NCBI GenBank assembly: GCA_963663165.1
Contig: OY760175.1
Span: 4,096,001-4,160,000 of the forward strand
Source: an uncultured Desulfospira sp.
Lineage (GTDB): Bacteria; Desulfobacterota; Desulfobacteria; Desulfobacterales; Desulfobacteraceae
Length of the DNA: 64,000 nucleotides
Direction: 5' to 3'
Shown here: piece after piece, positions 8,808 to 20,000 of the stretch
How positions within the stretch are numbered: the stretch's first letter is position 1
Layout of the letters: every line of letters starts with the position of its first letter
Notes under the pieces: generated by a model
Seen by the model: only the letters and a program-made list of their open reading frames with translations
What the model was told of the DNA's origin: nothing
The model's database searches: none
Translations under genes and position numbers: made by a program

Positions 8808-10358
8808 TTAGGCCGGTACCTTGACCGACGGAAATCGTGACCGGTCCGTGTGGGGATAAAACTTGGCCCCGGAAAACATGTTCATGAATTCCTGGTTCAC
8901 ATTCAGCTCAATATAGGTGATGGACTGCCGGATCTCCATGATCCGGTCAAAGGCTTCGGCCTCTTTCAGCAGACGGATTGCCCCGCCTAAAGATGAATTG
9001 CCCAGGACTTCAAAGGCGGACCGGTCAATATCGGGCAGCATGCCGATGCCGATGGCTGATTCCGGATCGATAAAAGAGCCGAATGTTCCGGCCACGTAGA
9101 ATTTTGCCAGATCTTCGAATTCCAGGCCGGCCGTGTTCCGGACGATCACCTCAAGAATGGTGTACATGGCGGCCTTGGAGGATGTCAGGGAATTTAAGTC
9201 CACCTGGCTTAGGGCAATGGGGCTGCCCGTGCCGGAATCTTCGGCATCCACCAAAATATAAGAGGCAATCCCGTCGATCTCCTTGAGCCGGTCTTTGCAG
9301 CCTGTTGGATCAAATTTCCCCCGGATATCAATCATCCCCCCCGTGAAAAAAGCCGCAGCCAGATCAATCATGCCCGAACCGCAGATGCCCACCGGGGGTT
9401 TTTCTTCAATGGTATGGATTTTAAGGCCGCCGCTCTCCGGATCAAAGGCTACCCGGTCAATGACGCCGGGCCCGGCAGTCATGCCCATCCGGGACACCCC
9501 GCCCTCCAGGGCCGGGCCGGCCGCGCCGGCACAAGCCATGAGCCAGTCTTTGCTGCCCACCACAATTTCCGCGTTGGTGCCCACATCCACCATAATACAG
9601 GGGGCGTCCTTTTTATCCAGGTCAGCATATAAAATCCCGGCCAGCAGATCCCCGCCAAAATAAGAGCCGATATTGGGAAACAAAAAGGCCAGGCCGTCCG
9701 GGTGGATATCCAGGCCCAGATTTGCGGCCCGGAAGGTATCCGGGATATTGACACAGGGGATATACGGCTCCCGGATGATTTCAAAGGCCTCAATGCCCAA
9801 AAACAGATGGGTCATGGCCGTGTTTCCGGCACCGGCCACCAGGAAAATATCGGTCTGCTCCACGCCGTGATCCTTGCACAGGGCACAAAGATGGAAATTG
9901 ACCGCCTGGATCACCAGATTCCGGAGATCGGCCAGCCCCCCTTCCCGGTGGGAGTGGTGAATTCTGGCCAGGACATCCGGCCCGATGGCGGCCTGGGGAT
10001 TGTCAAGCCCCACCTGGCCCAGTTCCTGTCCGGTTTCCAGGTCCAGCAGGGAGATCACGATCCGGGTGGTGCCGATATCAATGGCCGCCCCTAACACAGG
10101 GGTTTGCTTTTCGGGATCCAGCAGGTCCACCAGGCGCCAGGAGCGGCGGTCCCGGAACAGTACGGCCCTGGCCTTAAATCCCCATGCCCGCAGCCTTGAG
10201 GGCAGATTGGTCAGCACATGCCACGGGATTTTGACCTGGGAGGCCCCCAGTTCCTTTTTCAAGGCCTGTTCCAGCCTTAAATCATCGGCAACATTATTGC
10301 CCAGCACGGGTTTTTCTATTTCAATATGACGGATATATCCGTTTGATAGCGCTGTCAT
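8808..10358 (-). CDS. ASKHA/DUF4445 (RACo-like) corrinoid reductive activator homolog lacking the N-terminal 2Fe-2S domain
   Basis: AIDIGTT, DVGTNAEI, AAGPALEG, GICGSG and AGTFG motifs. Confidence 0.85.
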   Translation of the reverse strand: MTALSNGYIRHIEIEKPVLGNNVADDLRLEQALKKELGASQVKIPWHVLTNLPSRLRAWGFKARAVLFRDRRSWRLVDLLDPEKQTPVLGAAIDIGTTRIVISLLDLETGQELGQVGLDNPQAAIGPDVLARIHHSHREGGLADLRNLVIQAVNFHLCALCKDHGVEQTDIFLVAGAGNTAMTHLFLGIEAFEIIREPYIPCVNIPDTFRAANLGLDIHPDGLAFLFPNIGSYFGGDLLAGILYADLDKKDAPCIMVDVGTNAEIVVGSKDWLMACAGAAGPALEGGVSRMGMTAGPGVIDRVAFDPESGGLKIHTIEEKPPVGICGSGMIDLAAAFFTGGMIDIRGKFDPTGCKDRLKEIDGIASYILVDAEDSGTGSPIALSQVDLNSLTSSKAAMYTILEVIVRNTAGLEFEDLAKFYVAGTFGSFIDPESAIGIGMLPDIDRSAFEVLGNSSLGGAIRLLKEAEAFDRIMEIRQSITYIELNVNQEFMNMFSGAKFYPHTDRSRFPSVKVPA

Positions 10359-10359
10359 T

Positions 10360-12312
10360 TTAGCTTCCTGCATCCTGTTTTTTGAGCCGTTCCAGTCTGG
10401 CCTTTACCTTGGGGAAATAATTGAGTTCTGTATGGGGAAGGAACAAGGCCCCCATGTAATGGTCCATGTACGAGGAAATGGTGGCCAGTTCGAAATTGGT
10501 CATCATGCCCACCACATCCAGCACATCTTGGCGCAGGGAGTTGGTCAGGGCATTGATCTTACAGCCTAAAAGCGACCCGTTGCCCAGATAGGTGACCTTT
10601 TCAGCTTCAAGCTCCGGCAGCAGCCCGATGGTAATGGCGCTTTCAAGGTCCACATAAGAGCCGAACCCGCCGGCCAGGATGATCCGTTCCACATCCTTTA
10701 TGGTCAGCCCGATTTCCTCGAGCAGGGTCAGGGCTGCTGAATACATGGCCCCCTTGGCCCGGATCAGGTTGTCCAGATCCGGCTCGGTAATGGTGATATC
10801 CTTGTCGATCTGGGTGTTTTCCCTGTACACCAGGACATACTCCCAGATATCATCGGTCTTCCGGATCCGGCCGGTTTTGGCCTTCTGGTTGAATTTTCCC
10901 CTGGAATCAATCAGTCCGGTTTCTAAAAGTTTTGCCGCAAGGGTGATCAGGCCGGACCCGCAGATGCCCTTTGCTTTTTTGCCCCCAATGGTGATGAGCA
11001 TGGGCTCAAAGGTGTCCGGGTTGATGGCCACATCTTCAATGGCCCCTTTGACGGCCCGCATGCCATGGGTAATTCCCCCTCCCTCAAAGGCCGGGCCCGC
11101 GGATGCTGCCGTACAGACCAGCCAGTCTTTATGGCCGATAACGATCTCTGCATTGGTCCCGATGTCCATATAAAGGGTTAGCTCTTCGGACCGGTATACC
11201 CCTGCGGCCATGACCCCGGCAATGATGTCGCCGCCCACATAGGAGGAGACCCCCGGGTAGACCAGGGCAATGGTATGCTCTTCAAGCTCCATGCCCACCT
11301 GGGCCGCATTAAAAGGCGGATAGACAATGGATGCCGGTACATAGGGGTCCTTACGGATATAGGTGGGATTGATCTTGAGCAGCAACTGGGTCATGGTGGA
11401 GTTGCCGGCAAGGGTGATGGTGGACACTTCCCCCCGGTCAATGCCTGCGGTTTCAATGATCCGGTTGATGATGATGTTGATGGTCTCTATGACCTTTTTA
11501 TGCAGGATTTCCAGGCCGTCCCCTTTTTCTGTAAAAATAATCCGGGTAATCACGTCTTCGCCATAGGAAATCTGGCTGTTAAACTCCCCGTGCCGGGCCA
11601 GGACCTCTCCGGTGTGGACATTGAGCAGTTCGCCATAAACCGTTGTGGTGCCGATATCCACGGCAATGGCAAAATTCCGGTCGGTGGTATCAAAAGGTTC
11701 AATGTTGACGATCCGGTTTTTCCCGTCTTTCCTCACCGGCCGGACAATGGTGGCCGTAATCTTGAAATCCCCCTGCCGGATCACATCGGGCACTTTCCGG
11801 ATCAGGTTGATGTTCATGGTCAGCCGGTGCTCGTCATGGTTCAGGCGCAGGTCATTGATGATCCTTGCCACATCGGCCTGGTTGTCACCGGCCGCCGCGG
11901 GTGAAAGCGCCAGATAAATTTTCTCCACGGGCGGGATAAACAGGCCATGGTCCTTAAGTTCGTTCAGGTCCACGTGCATGGCCCGGGCCGTATGCCGTTT
12001 GACCGGTTCCAGGTTCAGGCGGCTGGTTTCTATCTGGGATTCCACCGGAATTCGTACCGTGAGATCCGAGGTCACCTTGGACAGGCAGGCCAAACGGTAC
12101 CCTTTTTCCTGATCTTCTGCTGAAAGGTGTTCGGAAATACCGCCTGCCACTGATCCCTGCTCAATAAGAACCCTACACTTGCCGCAAACACCGGACCCCC
12201 CGCAAGAGGCATTGATATGAACACCGGCCTCCATGGCGGCCCGGATCAGGCTATCGTTTTCTTCAACCTGGACCGACGTATTCTGTGGCAAAAAATTTAC
12301 CGTATATGTCAT
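10360..12312 (-). CDS. 2Fe-2S + ASKHA corrinoid activation/regeneration protein (RACo/AcsV-like)
   Basis: CGGSGVCGKC...RLAC ferredoxin; DIGTT, DIGTNAE, SAGPAFEG, GICGSG. Confidence 0.9.
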   Translation of the reverse strand: MTYTVNFLPQNTSVQVEENDSLIRAAMEAGVHINASCGGSGVCGKCRVLIEQGSVAGGISEHLSAEDQEKGYRLACLSKVTSDLTVRIPVESQIETSRLNLEPVKRHTARAMHVDLNELKDHGLFIPPVEKIYLALSPAAAGDNQADVARIINDLRLNHDEHRLTMNINLIRKVPDVIRQGDFKITATIVRPVRKDGKNRIVNIEPFDTTDRNFAIAVDIGTTTVYGELLNVHTGEVLARHGEFNSQISYGEDVITRIIFTEKGDGLEILHKKVIETINIIINRIIETAGIDRGEVSTITLAGNSTMTQLLLKINPTYIRKDPYVPASIVYPPFNAAQVGMELEEHTIALVYPGVSSYVGGDIIAGVMAAGVYRSEELTLYMDIGTNAEIVIGHKDWLVCTAASAGPAFEGGGITHGMRAVKGAIEDVAINPDTFEPMLITIGGKKAKGICGSGLITLAAKLLETGLIDSRGKFNQKAKTGRIRKTDDIWEYVLVYRENTQIDKDITITEPDLDNLIRAKGAMYSAALTLLEEIGLTIKDVERIILAGGFGSYVDLESAITIGLLPELEAEKVTYLGNGSLLGCKINALTNSLRQDVLDVVGMMTNFELATISSYMDHYMGALFLPHTELNYFPKVKARLERLKKQDAGS

Positions 12313-12532
12313 AAGATCATCCTTTCCGGATAAACCGCTGTATTGATAAAGCCGCAGCCCCTGCGACTTTGTTCGGATATAAAAGTCGTGGAATTATAAA
12401 CGCTGTGCCGGTGTTTGCCAAGTGTTGTTTTTTTTAGCAAATTTTTCACATTTCACAGCAAATTTTTCACATCTTGAATCATTGAACCGGTCTTTTGTTT
12501 CCGGCCCCTATTCTCCGGGTTCCATTTTTTAA

Positions 12533-12755
12533 CAGGGTCATCGCATGTAAAAAACAGCAATTTATACCGGAATTGAAAATAAGGATAATCTCCAAAAAAT
12601 TGGACTTGGGACTTGGGATATGGGACCTGGGGATTGCGGCATCCACGGCCTCCCCAAGTCCCATATCCCATATCCCAAGTCTCAACAATATACATTATAA
12701 TCCTTATCACCCAAATTGGCATCACCGGCGGGCAAGCTTACATGCGATCACCCTG
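12533..12755 (+). mobile_element. 223-bp MITE with ISAs1-type ends, 18-bp TIRs and 10-bp TSD
   Basis: CAGGGTCATCGCATGTAA ... TTACATGCGATCACCCTG (17/18 complementary); flanked by CATTTTTTAA at 12523-12532 and 12756-12765; internal TGGGA(C/T)(T/A) heptamer hairpin. Confidence 0.9.
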
Positions 12756-12975
12756 CATTTTTTAATTTCCAGCATTGAATTTTTAACGAATTTGTGAATA
12801 TTATTGCGGGTTAACATTAAAACTTGCCGATTGAACGACAGGATTTAATTAATAGCGCCATACGCTAAGGGGCGGAAGACCGGGTTGCGCTGATGATCCG
12901 GCTGTCCACTGCCCATAACAAATATTGAAAGTAGATACAGGATGTTAATTAAACTTTCATTTAAAAGGAGCCAGG

Positions 12976-14409
12976 ATGAAATCGCTTGATCAATCCAAAT
13001 TAACAGAAATCGTCGGGGAAAAGAACATCAAGACAGACCCTTCGGATTTGTACATATACGGGTCCGATGCCTCTGTCCACCATGGTGCCCCATGGGTGAT
13101 CGTCCGGCCTGAAAACACCTCCCAGGTCCAGAAAATCATGGCATACGCCAATGAAAACAAAATTCCTGTCATTGCCCGGGGCGGCGGCTCAGGCATGTGC
13201 GGCCAGACCGTGCCGGTCCAGGGGGGAATCACCCTGGACATGAAGGGGATGAACCGGATTCTTGAAATCAATATGCCCGATGTATACTGCCGGGTGGAGC
13301 CGGGGGTCGTGGATGATGACCTGAACCTTGCCTTAAAACCCTACGGGGTGTTTTACCCGCCCACGCCGGCATCCTCCCGGATTGCCACCATTGGCGGCGA
13401 AATCGGAAACAATGCCAGCGGGGTGAGATCCGTCAAATACGGGGCCACCCGGGACGCGGTCCTGGGGATGAAAGTGGTCCTGCCCACAGGCAAACTGGTC
13501 ACGTTGGGGGCCCACACAAGGGTGGAGGCTTCCGGATACCAGCTTCACAAACTCATGGTGGGTGCGGAAGGCACCTTAGGGGTTGTGGTGGAAGCCACCT
13601 TAAGCTTTGTTCCCATCCCGGAATTCCGGTGCATGGGGGTGGCCAACTTTGACAGCCTGACCCATGCCGGGCAAGCCGTGGGCGGGATCATGTCTTCAGG
13701 GGCCAATCCCTCCATGCTGGAACTGGTGGATTCCGTGGCCATCAAGGCCGTCAACAAAACCATGGACTTAGGCTTAAAGGAAGTGGCCGCATCCCTGATT
13801 TTTGAGGCCGACGGCATGGTCAGGGAAGCCGTGGACTATGAAATCCAAAAAATTAAAAAGGTCTGCGAACAGCACCAGGGCAAAGACATCTGGTCCAGCT
13901 ACGATGCCAAAGAACGGGCCAAAATCTTCCTGGGCCGCAAAAAACTGTTCCCGGCCCTGTCCAAATATGACGATGCCCTGTCTTCCACCTCCCTTGCCGA
14001 CGACATGGCCGTGCCCTATTCCAGAATGGCGGATATGGCCGCTAAAATCCATGAGGTGGCCAAAAAGAATAACATTATCATGACCGCATACGGCCATTGC
14101 GGCTCAGGCTGCATGCACACCAAAATCCTGATGGATACCAAACGAAAAGACCAGTGGGCATCGGCCCGCAAGGCCATCACGGAAATCTATGATTTTGTCC
14201 GCTCGGTTAACGGGACCACTTCCGCGGAACACGGCATCGGCCTGTCCAAGGCAGAATCTTTCAAGGTTGAGAAAGCCGATTCCATTGAGATGCTGTCCGC
14301 CATCAAGGCTGCCCTGGACCCCAACAACATCCTCAACCCGGGCAAACTCATGCAGGCCCCGGACAACTGGGTGACTGCCGCCAACCTCAGATACGCTGTG
14401 AACAGTTAG
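12976..14409 (+). CDS. FAD-binding oxidoreductase, GlcD / D-lactate dehydrogenase family
   Basis: ARGGGSG, VEPGV, ATIGG...NNASG...VKYG, GAEGTLG, GH..G..H, SAEHGIG, DPNNILNPGK. Confidence 0.9.
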   Translation: MKSLDQSKLTEIVGEKNIKTDPSDLYIYGSDASVHHGAPWVIVRPENTSQVQKIMAYANENKIPVIARGGGSGMCGQTVPVQGGITLDMKGMNRILEINMPDVYCRVEPGVVDDDLNLALKPYGVFYPPTPASSRIATIGGEIGNNASGVRSVKYGATRDAVLGMKVVLPTGKLVTLGAHTRVEASGYQLHKLMVGAEGTLGVVVEATLSFVPIPEFRCMGVANFDSLTHAGQAVGGIMSSGANPSMLELVDSVAIKAVNKTMDLGLKEVAASLIFEADGMVREAVDYEIQKIKKVCEQHQGKDIWSSYDAKERAKIFLGRKKLFPALSKYDDALSSTSLADDMAVPYSRMADMAAKIHEVAKKNNIIMTAYGHCGSGCMHTKILMDTKRKDQWASARKAITEIYDFVRSVNGTTSAEHGIGLSKAESFKVEKADSIEMLSAIKAALDPNNILNPGKLMQAPDNWVTAANLRYAVNS

Positions 14410-14441
14410 CGCCTAGCCGCGCTATAATAAAGGGATACACT

Positions 14442-15383
14442 ATGGAAACAAAAAATTTTGAGCATTTAGCAAAATGGGAAAGCACTCTGGCCAGCTGCAT
14501 CAGATGCGGATACTGCTATGAACACTGCCCCATGTTTAAATATACCCGATGGGAATCCGATGCCCCGAGGGCCAAAATCATCACGGCTTTCGGCCTGCTG
14601 TCAGGCAACCTTGAACTGACCCCGGCATCAGCACAGAAGCTGTTTAACTGTTTTTACTGCAAGCGGTGTGAAGCGGCCTGCTCCTCCGGGGTAAAGCTGA
14701 CGGAAATCTTCACCGATGCCAGAAAAGACCTCTGCGCCATGGGCATGACAGGGCCGGGCACCACGTCCGTGACCCAGATGAACTGTGCCCAGTGCCTGCT
14801 CTGTGTCAGGGCCTGTCCCCATGAAGCCCGGACCCATACGGAAACAGGGATTGTCGTGGACCCGGTCAAATGCCAGTCCTGCGGCATCTGTGTGGAAGTC
14901 TGTCCGGCAGAGGCCGCGGTTATTGAAAATACCTTCGGCACTTCCCGTGATGAACTTTCCGACAAGGCCTGCGAATTCTTAAATTCCAGTGAAGCCGCCA
15001 GAACTATTGTATATGCCTGCAACTGGTCTTATTACCCTGATCTTCAGTCCTCACAGCTGCCGGAATCCGAAACAAAGGATAAAACCTATGAAATCCTGGT
15101 GAACATGTGCGGGGGCCGGCTGTATGCCAAATCACTTATTGAGCCCTTCCTTAACGGGGCATGGGGGATTTTGGTGGCCTGCTGTCCGGACGGGGAATGT
15201 GCCCATGACGGGAACGTCAAGGCCAAAAAATTGGTGGAAAAAACCAAAAAGACCCTGGAACTTATAGACATTAATCCCGAACGGATTCACCTGGTCCAGA
15301 TACCGGCAGGGGACAAGGACCTGTTCCAGGCGGAGATTGATACGTTCACCAATACCATAAACCAGATGGGCCCCATTCGTTAA
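14442..15383 (+). CDS. Multi-4Fe-4S protein fused to an MvhD/FlpD-type 2Fe-2S domain
   Basis: Four CxxCxxCxxxC motifs, then ACNWS...MCGGR...GILVACCPDGECAHDGN...INPERI. Confidence 0.8.
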   Translation: METKNFEHLAKWESTLASCIRCGYCYEHCPMFKYTRWESDAPRAKIITAFGLLSGNLELTPASAQKLFNCFYCKRCEAACSSGVKLTEIFTDARKDLCAMGMTGPGTTSVTQMNCAQCLLCVRACPHEARTHTETGIVVDPVKCQSCGICVEVCPAEAAVIENTFGTSRDELSDKACEFLNSSEAARTIVYACNWSYYPDLQSSQLPESETKDKTYEILVNMCGGRLYAKSLIEPFLNGAWGILVACCPDGECAHDGNVKAKKLVEKTKKTLELIDINPERIHLVQIPAGDKDLFQAEIDTFTNTINQMGPIR

Positions 15384-15500
15384 AAGGATGAGGGATGAAG
15401 GCTGAAGGATGAAAATGCGGAACCCTTCAGCCTCAACGCCCAGCAGCGGTAGTAAACAATAACTCTTATGAAAAGAGCGGTAAACCGCGAAGGATTAACC

Positions 15501-16751
15501 ATGAAAGTAGACGTCCCTTATGGAAAAGACGGCGCCATGAGCGCTGTTCTTTCCGATGAAATATCCGTCCAGTTTCTTGAAGCCAATGACGTTCAGATCA
15601 AGGATGAAGACGAAACCATTAAGCATTCCATTCTCAACCCGGTCAATTCCAAGGGATTTGATGAATTTCTAAAAGATGCCGGAAAAGTGCTGATCATTGT
15701 CAATGACGCCACCCGGCCCACCCCCACGGCCAGGGTCTTAGATGTCATTTTTGAAGATTTAAGCCGGACCGATTACAACTTTATCATTGCCACCGGGGCC
15801 CATCGCGGCCCCAGTGAAGAAGAGTATGTTCAGATCTTCGGCAAATATTATGACAGGGTAAAGGACCGTATCATTGTCCATGACGCCAAGGTGGACGAGG
15901 ACATGGTTTTCCTGGGCAACTCCTCCAACGGAACCCCCATGCACGTGAACAAGGCCGGGGTTGAGGCAGACAAGATCATTATCATCTCATCCGTGGAGCC
16001 CCACTACTTTGCCGGGTACACCGGCGGCCGGAAATCCTTTTTGCCGGGCATTGCCGGCTACAAAACCATTGAAACCAACCATAAGCTGGCCCTGGTGCCC
16101 GAAGCCTGCGCCTTGGCCCTTGAGGGGAACCCGGTCCACGAAGACATGGTGGACGCCATTAAAACCGTCAAACAGGAAATCTTCTCCATTATGACGGTGC
16201 TGGACAAACACCACAAAATCTATGCCACCTGCTCAGGCCATATCAACGATTCGTTTTACGCCGCCATTGACCGGGCCAACGAAGTCTTCTGCGCGCCGTT
16301 AAAGGAAAAGACCGACATCGTGGTGTCCGTGGTTAAATTCCCCCAGGATATTGATCTGTACCAGGCCCAGAAAGGGATTGACAACGCCAAGCTGGCCCTC
16401 AAGGAAGACGGCATCATGATCCTGGTGGCCAAGTGCCGCTGCGGCATCGGCGGCAAAGCCTTTGCCGATCTTCTGGGTTCCTGTGATACGCCTAAGGCCG
16501 CCTTGGATAAAATTGAGCAGGGATATGTCCTGGGGTATCACAAGGCCGCCAAAATGGCTGAAATCGGCCTGTGGGCCCAGATGTGGGGTGTCACGGATGT
16601 GGAACCCGATGTCATTTCAAAGCTGTTTATCACCCCGTTTAAAGACCTTCAGACCGCCATTGACAAGGCCCTGGAAGAAAAGGGGAACCAGGCATCGGTT
16701 CTCTTTCTTATGGACGGGGGCCTGACGGTTCCCATGGTGCAGCAAGGATAA
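15501..16751 (+). CDS. larA: Nickel-pincer lactate racemase family protein
   Basis: VNDATRPTP, ATGAHR, VHD, EPHYFAGYTGGRKSFLPG, NH, DLYQAQK. Confidence 0.9.
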   Translation: MKVDVPYGKDGAMSAVLSDEISVQFLEANDVQIKDEDETIKHSILNPVNSKGFDEFLKDAGKVLIIVNDATRPTPTARVLDVIFEDLSRTDYNFIIATGAHRGPSEEEYVQIFGKYYDRVKDRIIVHDAKVDEDMVFLGNSSNGTPMHVNKAGVEADKIIIISSVEPHYFAGYTGGRKSFLPGIAGYKTIETNHKLALVPEACALALEGNPVHEDMVDAIKTVKQEIFSIMTVLDKHHKIYATCSGHINDSFYAAIDRANEVFCAPLKEKTDIVVSVVKFPQDIDLYQAQKGIDNAKLALKEDGIMILVAKCRCGIGGKAFADLLGSCDTPKAALDKIEQGYVLGYHKAAKMAEIGLWAQMWGVTDVEPDVISKLFITPFKDLQTAIDKALEEKGNQASVLFLMDGGLTVPMVQQG

Positions 16752-17050
16752 CACACCAACAACGCATCACCTTAGGCAGCAAGTTGGATAAGTGGTGCCA
16801 CCTGCTGCCTTTAAGTTGGTAATTTCCGGCTGCGGCCGTCGGCAAAAGCCTTAACCGCTTTCCCGCAGCCGGTATTCCAACGGGTTTTTTTAAAAGATTT
16901 CCGTGCGGATCACCCGGCCGTTCCATCCGGTTCACCCCTTGGTTCTTTTTCACCAGATCCAGCCTTATTGAAAATCCAATCCGCTTATGTTCAGCCCGCG
17001 CTGAGACAGGAAAAGCCCCAGCGCCCAGACATCAGGAGCATGGATTTAAA

Positions 17051-20000
17051 ATGGCGCATTCCCCCCTTAAGGCCCCTGTTTTCCCGGTAAAACTCACCCG
17101 CCCGGAATTACAGGCTGTTTATCCCAGAACCCGGCTGTTCGACCTCATGTCCGCCACCATCGGCCAGTCCGCTATCTGGATCTGCGGGCCGGCCGGCAGC
17201 GGGAAAACAACCCTGGCCAACAGTTTTATCGACTCTCTTGACCTGCCCTGCCTGTGGTACAACGTAAATGAACAGGATAAAGACATCGCTTCATTTTTTT
17301 ATCATATGGGCAAATTTGCAGAACAGATCAACCCGGAAAAGCAGCACACACTTCCCTTCCTGACCCAGGAATTTTTTCCCGGCATTGCATCCTTTACAAC
17401 CCGTTTTTTTGAATTATTTTCCGCTATCCTGCCGTCCCGGCATGTCATTGTTCTGGATAATTATCAGGATGTGGGAGAAGAGACCCAGCTCCATGACGTG
17501 GTGTGCGGCGCCATCAGCTGTCTTCAAAAAAAGATCTCGTTTTTTATTTTAAGCCGCAAGGAGCCCCCCGGTGTGCTGGCCAGGGAGCGGGCCAGGTGCA
17601 GCATACAGGTCTTGGGCTGGCATCACCTTCAGCTTGACCGGCAGGAAACCTTCGGGGTTATCCAGTGCATTTCAGACCAGGCCTTTGATGAGCAAACCGT
17701 TACCGATATCCATGCCAAGACCGGCGGGTGGGTCTCGGGCCTGCTGCTCTTACTGAAGAGTGGGGAGTTTGACCATATCGAGCCGGGCATGCTGACCCAA
17801 AAAACGCCTGAAGTGATTTTCGATTATCTTAAAAATATCGTGTTCCAACGCCTTGATAAAGCCCACCAGGCCCTTCTTCTGACATTGTGCCACCTTCCGG
17901 TGGTTTCCCTGGATGCCGCCGTGGTGCTTTGCGGTAAAAATAGCCCTAAGGCACTGGAGATGCTGAACAGGGAGAACCGCTTTGTTTACCGGGTATCCGG
18001 AACCGGTGTGGGGTATGACTTTCATCCCCTGTTTCGCGAGTTCCTCCAGAAGCGCGCCGCACAGTTCTTTTCCCGGTCGGATCTTTCCGCCATCCTGTCG
18101 AAAAGTGCGGATATTATAAACCAGGAAGGACACCCCACCGCGGCGGTGGGGTTATATATCCAGGCCCATAATTTTGCCCGGGCCATTGAGTTGATTTTGA
18201 ACAATGCCCTGATACTTTCCATCCAGGGACGGGTGGCAACCCTGCTCTACTGGATCCATTCCCTGCCCTCCCATATAGTTGAGTCCACCCCCTGGCTGCT
18301 TTTCTGGAAAGGAATCTGCATCATCCCCGAGTCCCCTGAAAGGGCCAAGCCCCTGTTTCAGAAGGCTTTGAGCCTGTTTGAACGGGCCGATGACCAGGCT
18401 GGATGTCTCATGGCCCTGGCCGGCATCATGGATTCCATCAGCCTCCAGTTCAGCCGGTTCCAGGAACTTGACCCTTGCATTGACCTGTGCGCCGAGTTTG
18501 AAAAAAAATTCGGCGACATGGGCATACCGGAAATCCACCTGAAACTGACCAGTTCTGTTCTCAATGCCCTGGTATTGCGCCGGCCCGATTCCCAGGAACT
18601 TAAAAAATGGGAAACCAGAGGATGGGATATCCTGCAAACCGTAAAAAATGTAAACCAGACCGTGTCTATCTTTTCCCCCCTGATCATTCTGAACATCCTC
18701 AAAGGTGAGCTTCAAACCTCGGGCCATCTCCTGGAAATGTTCAGCGAGGTTTCTCATAAAAAAACCGCGCCCTTTTCCTACCTGATTCTTCAGAATCTGA
18801 AAATCTTCCATTCATGGCTGAACAGTGACTTTGAAGCCGGGAAAAAGGCGGCCCAAACAGGCATGGCCGTGGAAAAAGAGACCGGTATTCCCCTTGTATT
18901 CTTAGGCCTCAGGGTCCATGGTGCCGCATCCGCCATGGGGTCTGGCAATCTTGCCAAAGCCCGGCAGCTCCTGGATGAAATCCCCCGGTTTCTGGGTCAC
19001 CAGGGCATATGGATGCAGGGCCTGTACCACATCATATCCTCTTGGTATCACTCCCTGACAGGGGATACGGCCGCATTTGGATTTCATGCATCCCAGGGGT
19101 TTAAAAAATCGTTTTTGTCCGGAAATCCCGTTGCCCGGTCAGCCGCCCATTTAATGATAGCCCGCTTTTTTTCTCTGACCGGAAAATTCAAGGCTGCCGA
19201 TATTCACCTGGAAAAATGTATTCAGATTGCTGAAAAGCTGGGCCTTTCCCAGGACAAGTTCATGGCCCTGCTGACCCGGGCAAGCCTATATCTATGCCAG
19301 AACCGGATGGACCAGGCCCATAAGGTTTTGGCCGAGGCCCTTAAGCTTGGCCGGCAGAAAAACTTTCGATACGGCTTTTTCTGGGATCCAAAGGAAATCG
19401 CCGGCCTTTGCGCACAGGCCCTTAAGCAGAACATGGAAACCCCGTATGTCCGGGACCTGATCGTCTTTCATCACCTCATGCCGGAAAGCCTGCCCCTGGA
19501 CGTCCCGGAATGGCCGTGGCCCGTAACCCTCTCGTCCTTGGGCGGATTTGCCATGAAGATCAATGGAGATAAGGCTGCCCTGAAAGGCAAGGCCAAAAAA
19601 CAGCCCCTGCTGCTGATCAAATACCTGATGGCAAAGGGCGGCCAAAAGGTCCCGGAATATGATATCCAGGATGCGCTCTGGCCGGACAGCGACGGGGACG
19701 CGGCCCAGAATGCCTACACCACAACCCTTCACCGGGCCCGGAAACTTCTGCAACACAAGGCCGCCCTCATTCATACCCATGGCCGGCTTTCCTTTAATAA
19801 ACAAATGGTCTGGACGGATACAGAGCTTTTTGAGCGCTGCTGCCATGAGATTGAAAATGATTTAAAAAATCTGGCCCCCCTCCCCAAAGGAGACGCTTCC
19901 AATTTGCTGCATTCACTGGACCGGTTGTTTTCCCTTTACCAGGGCTCTTTCCTGGCGGGCGATCAGAACCTCTGGGCCCTTTCAACGGCCCAACAGCTGA

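Noticed and set aside
12453..12797. Similar short ORFs (WDMGYGTW / LGLGIWDLG) here and at 39851-40146
   Set aside because: They are translations of the MITE heptamer repeats, not a protein family.
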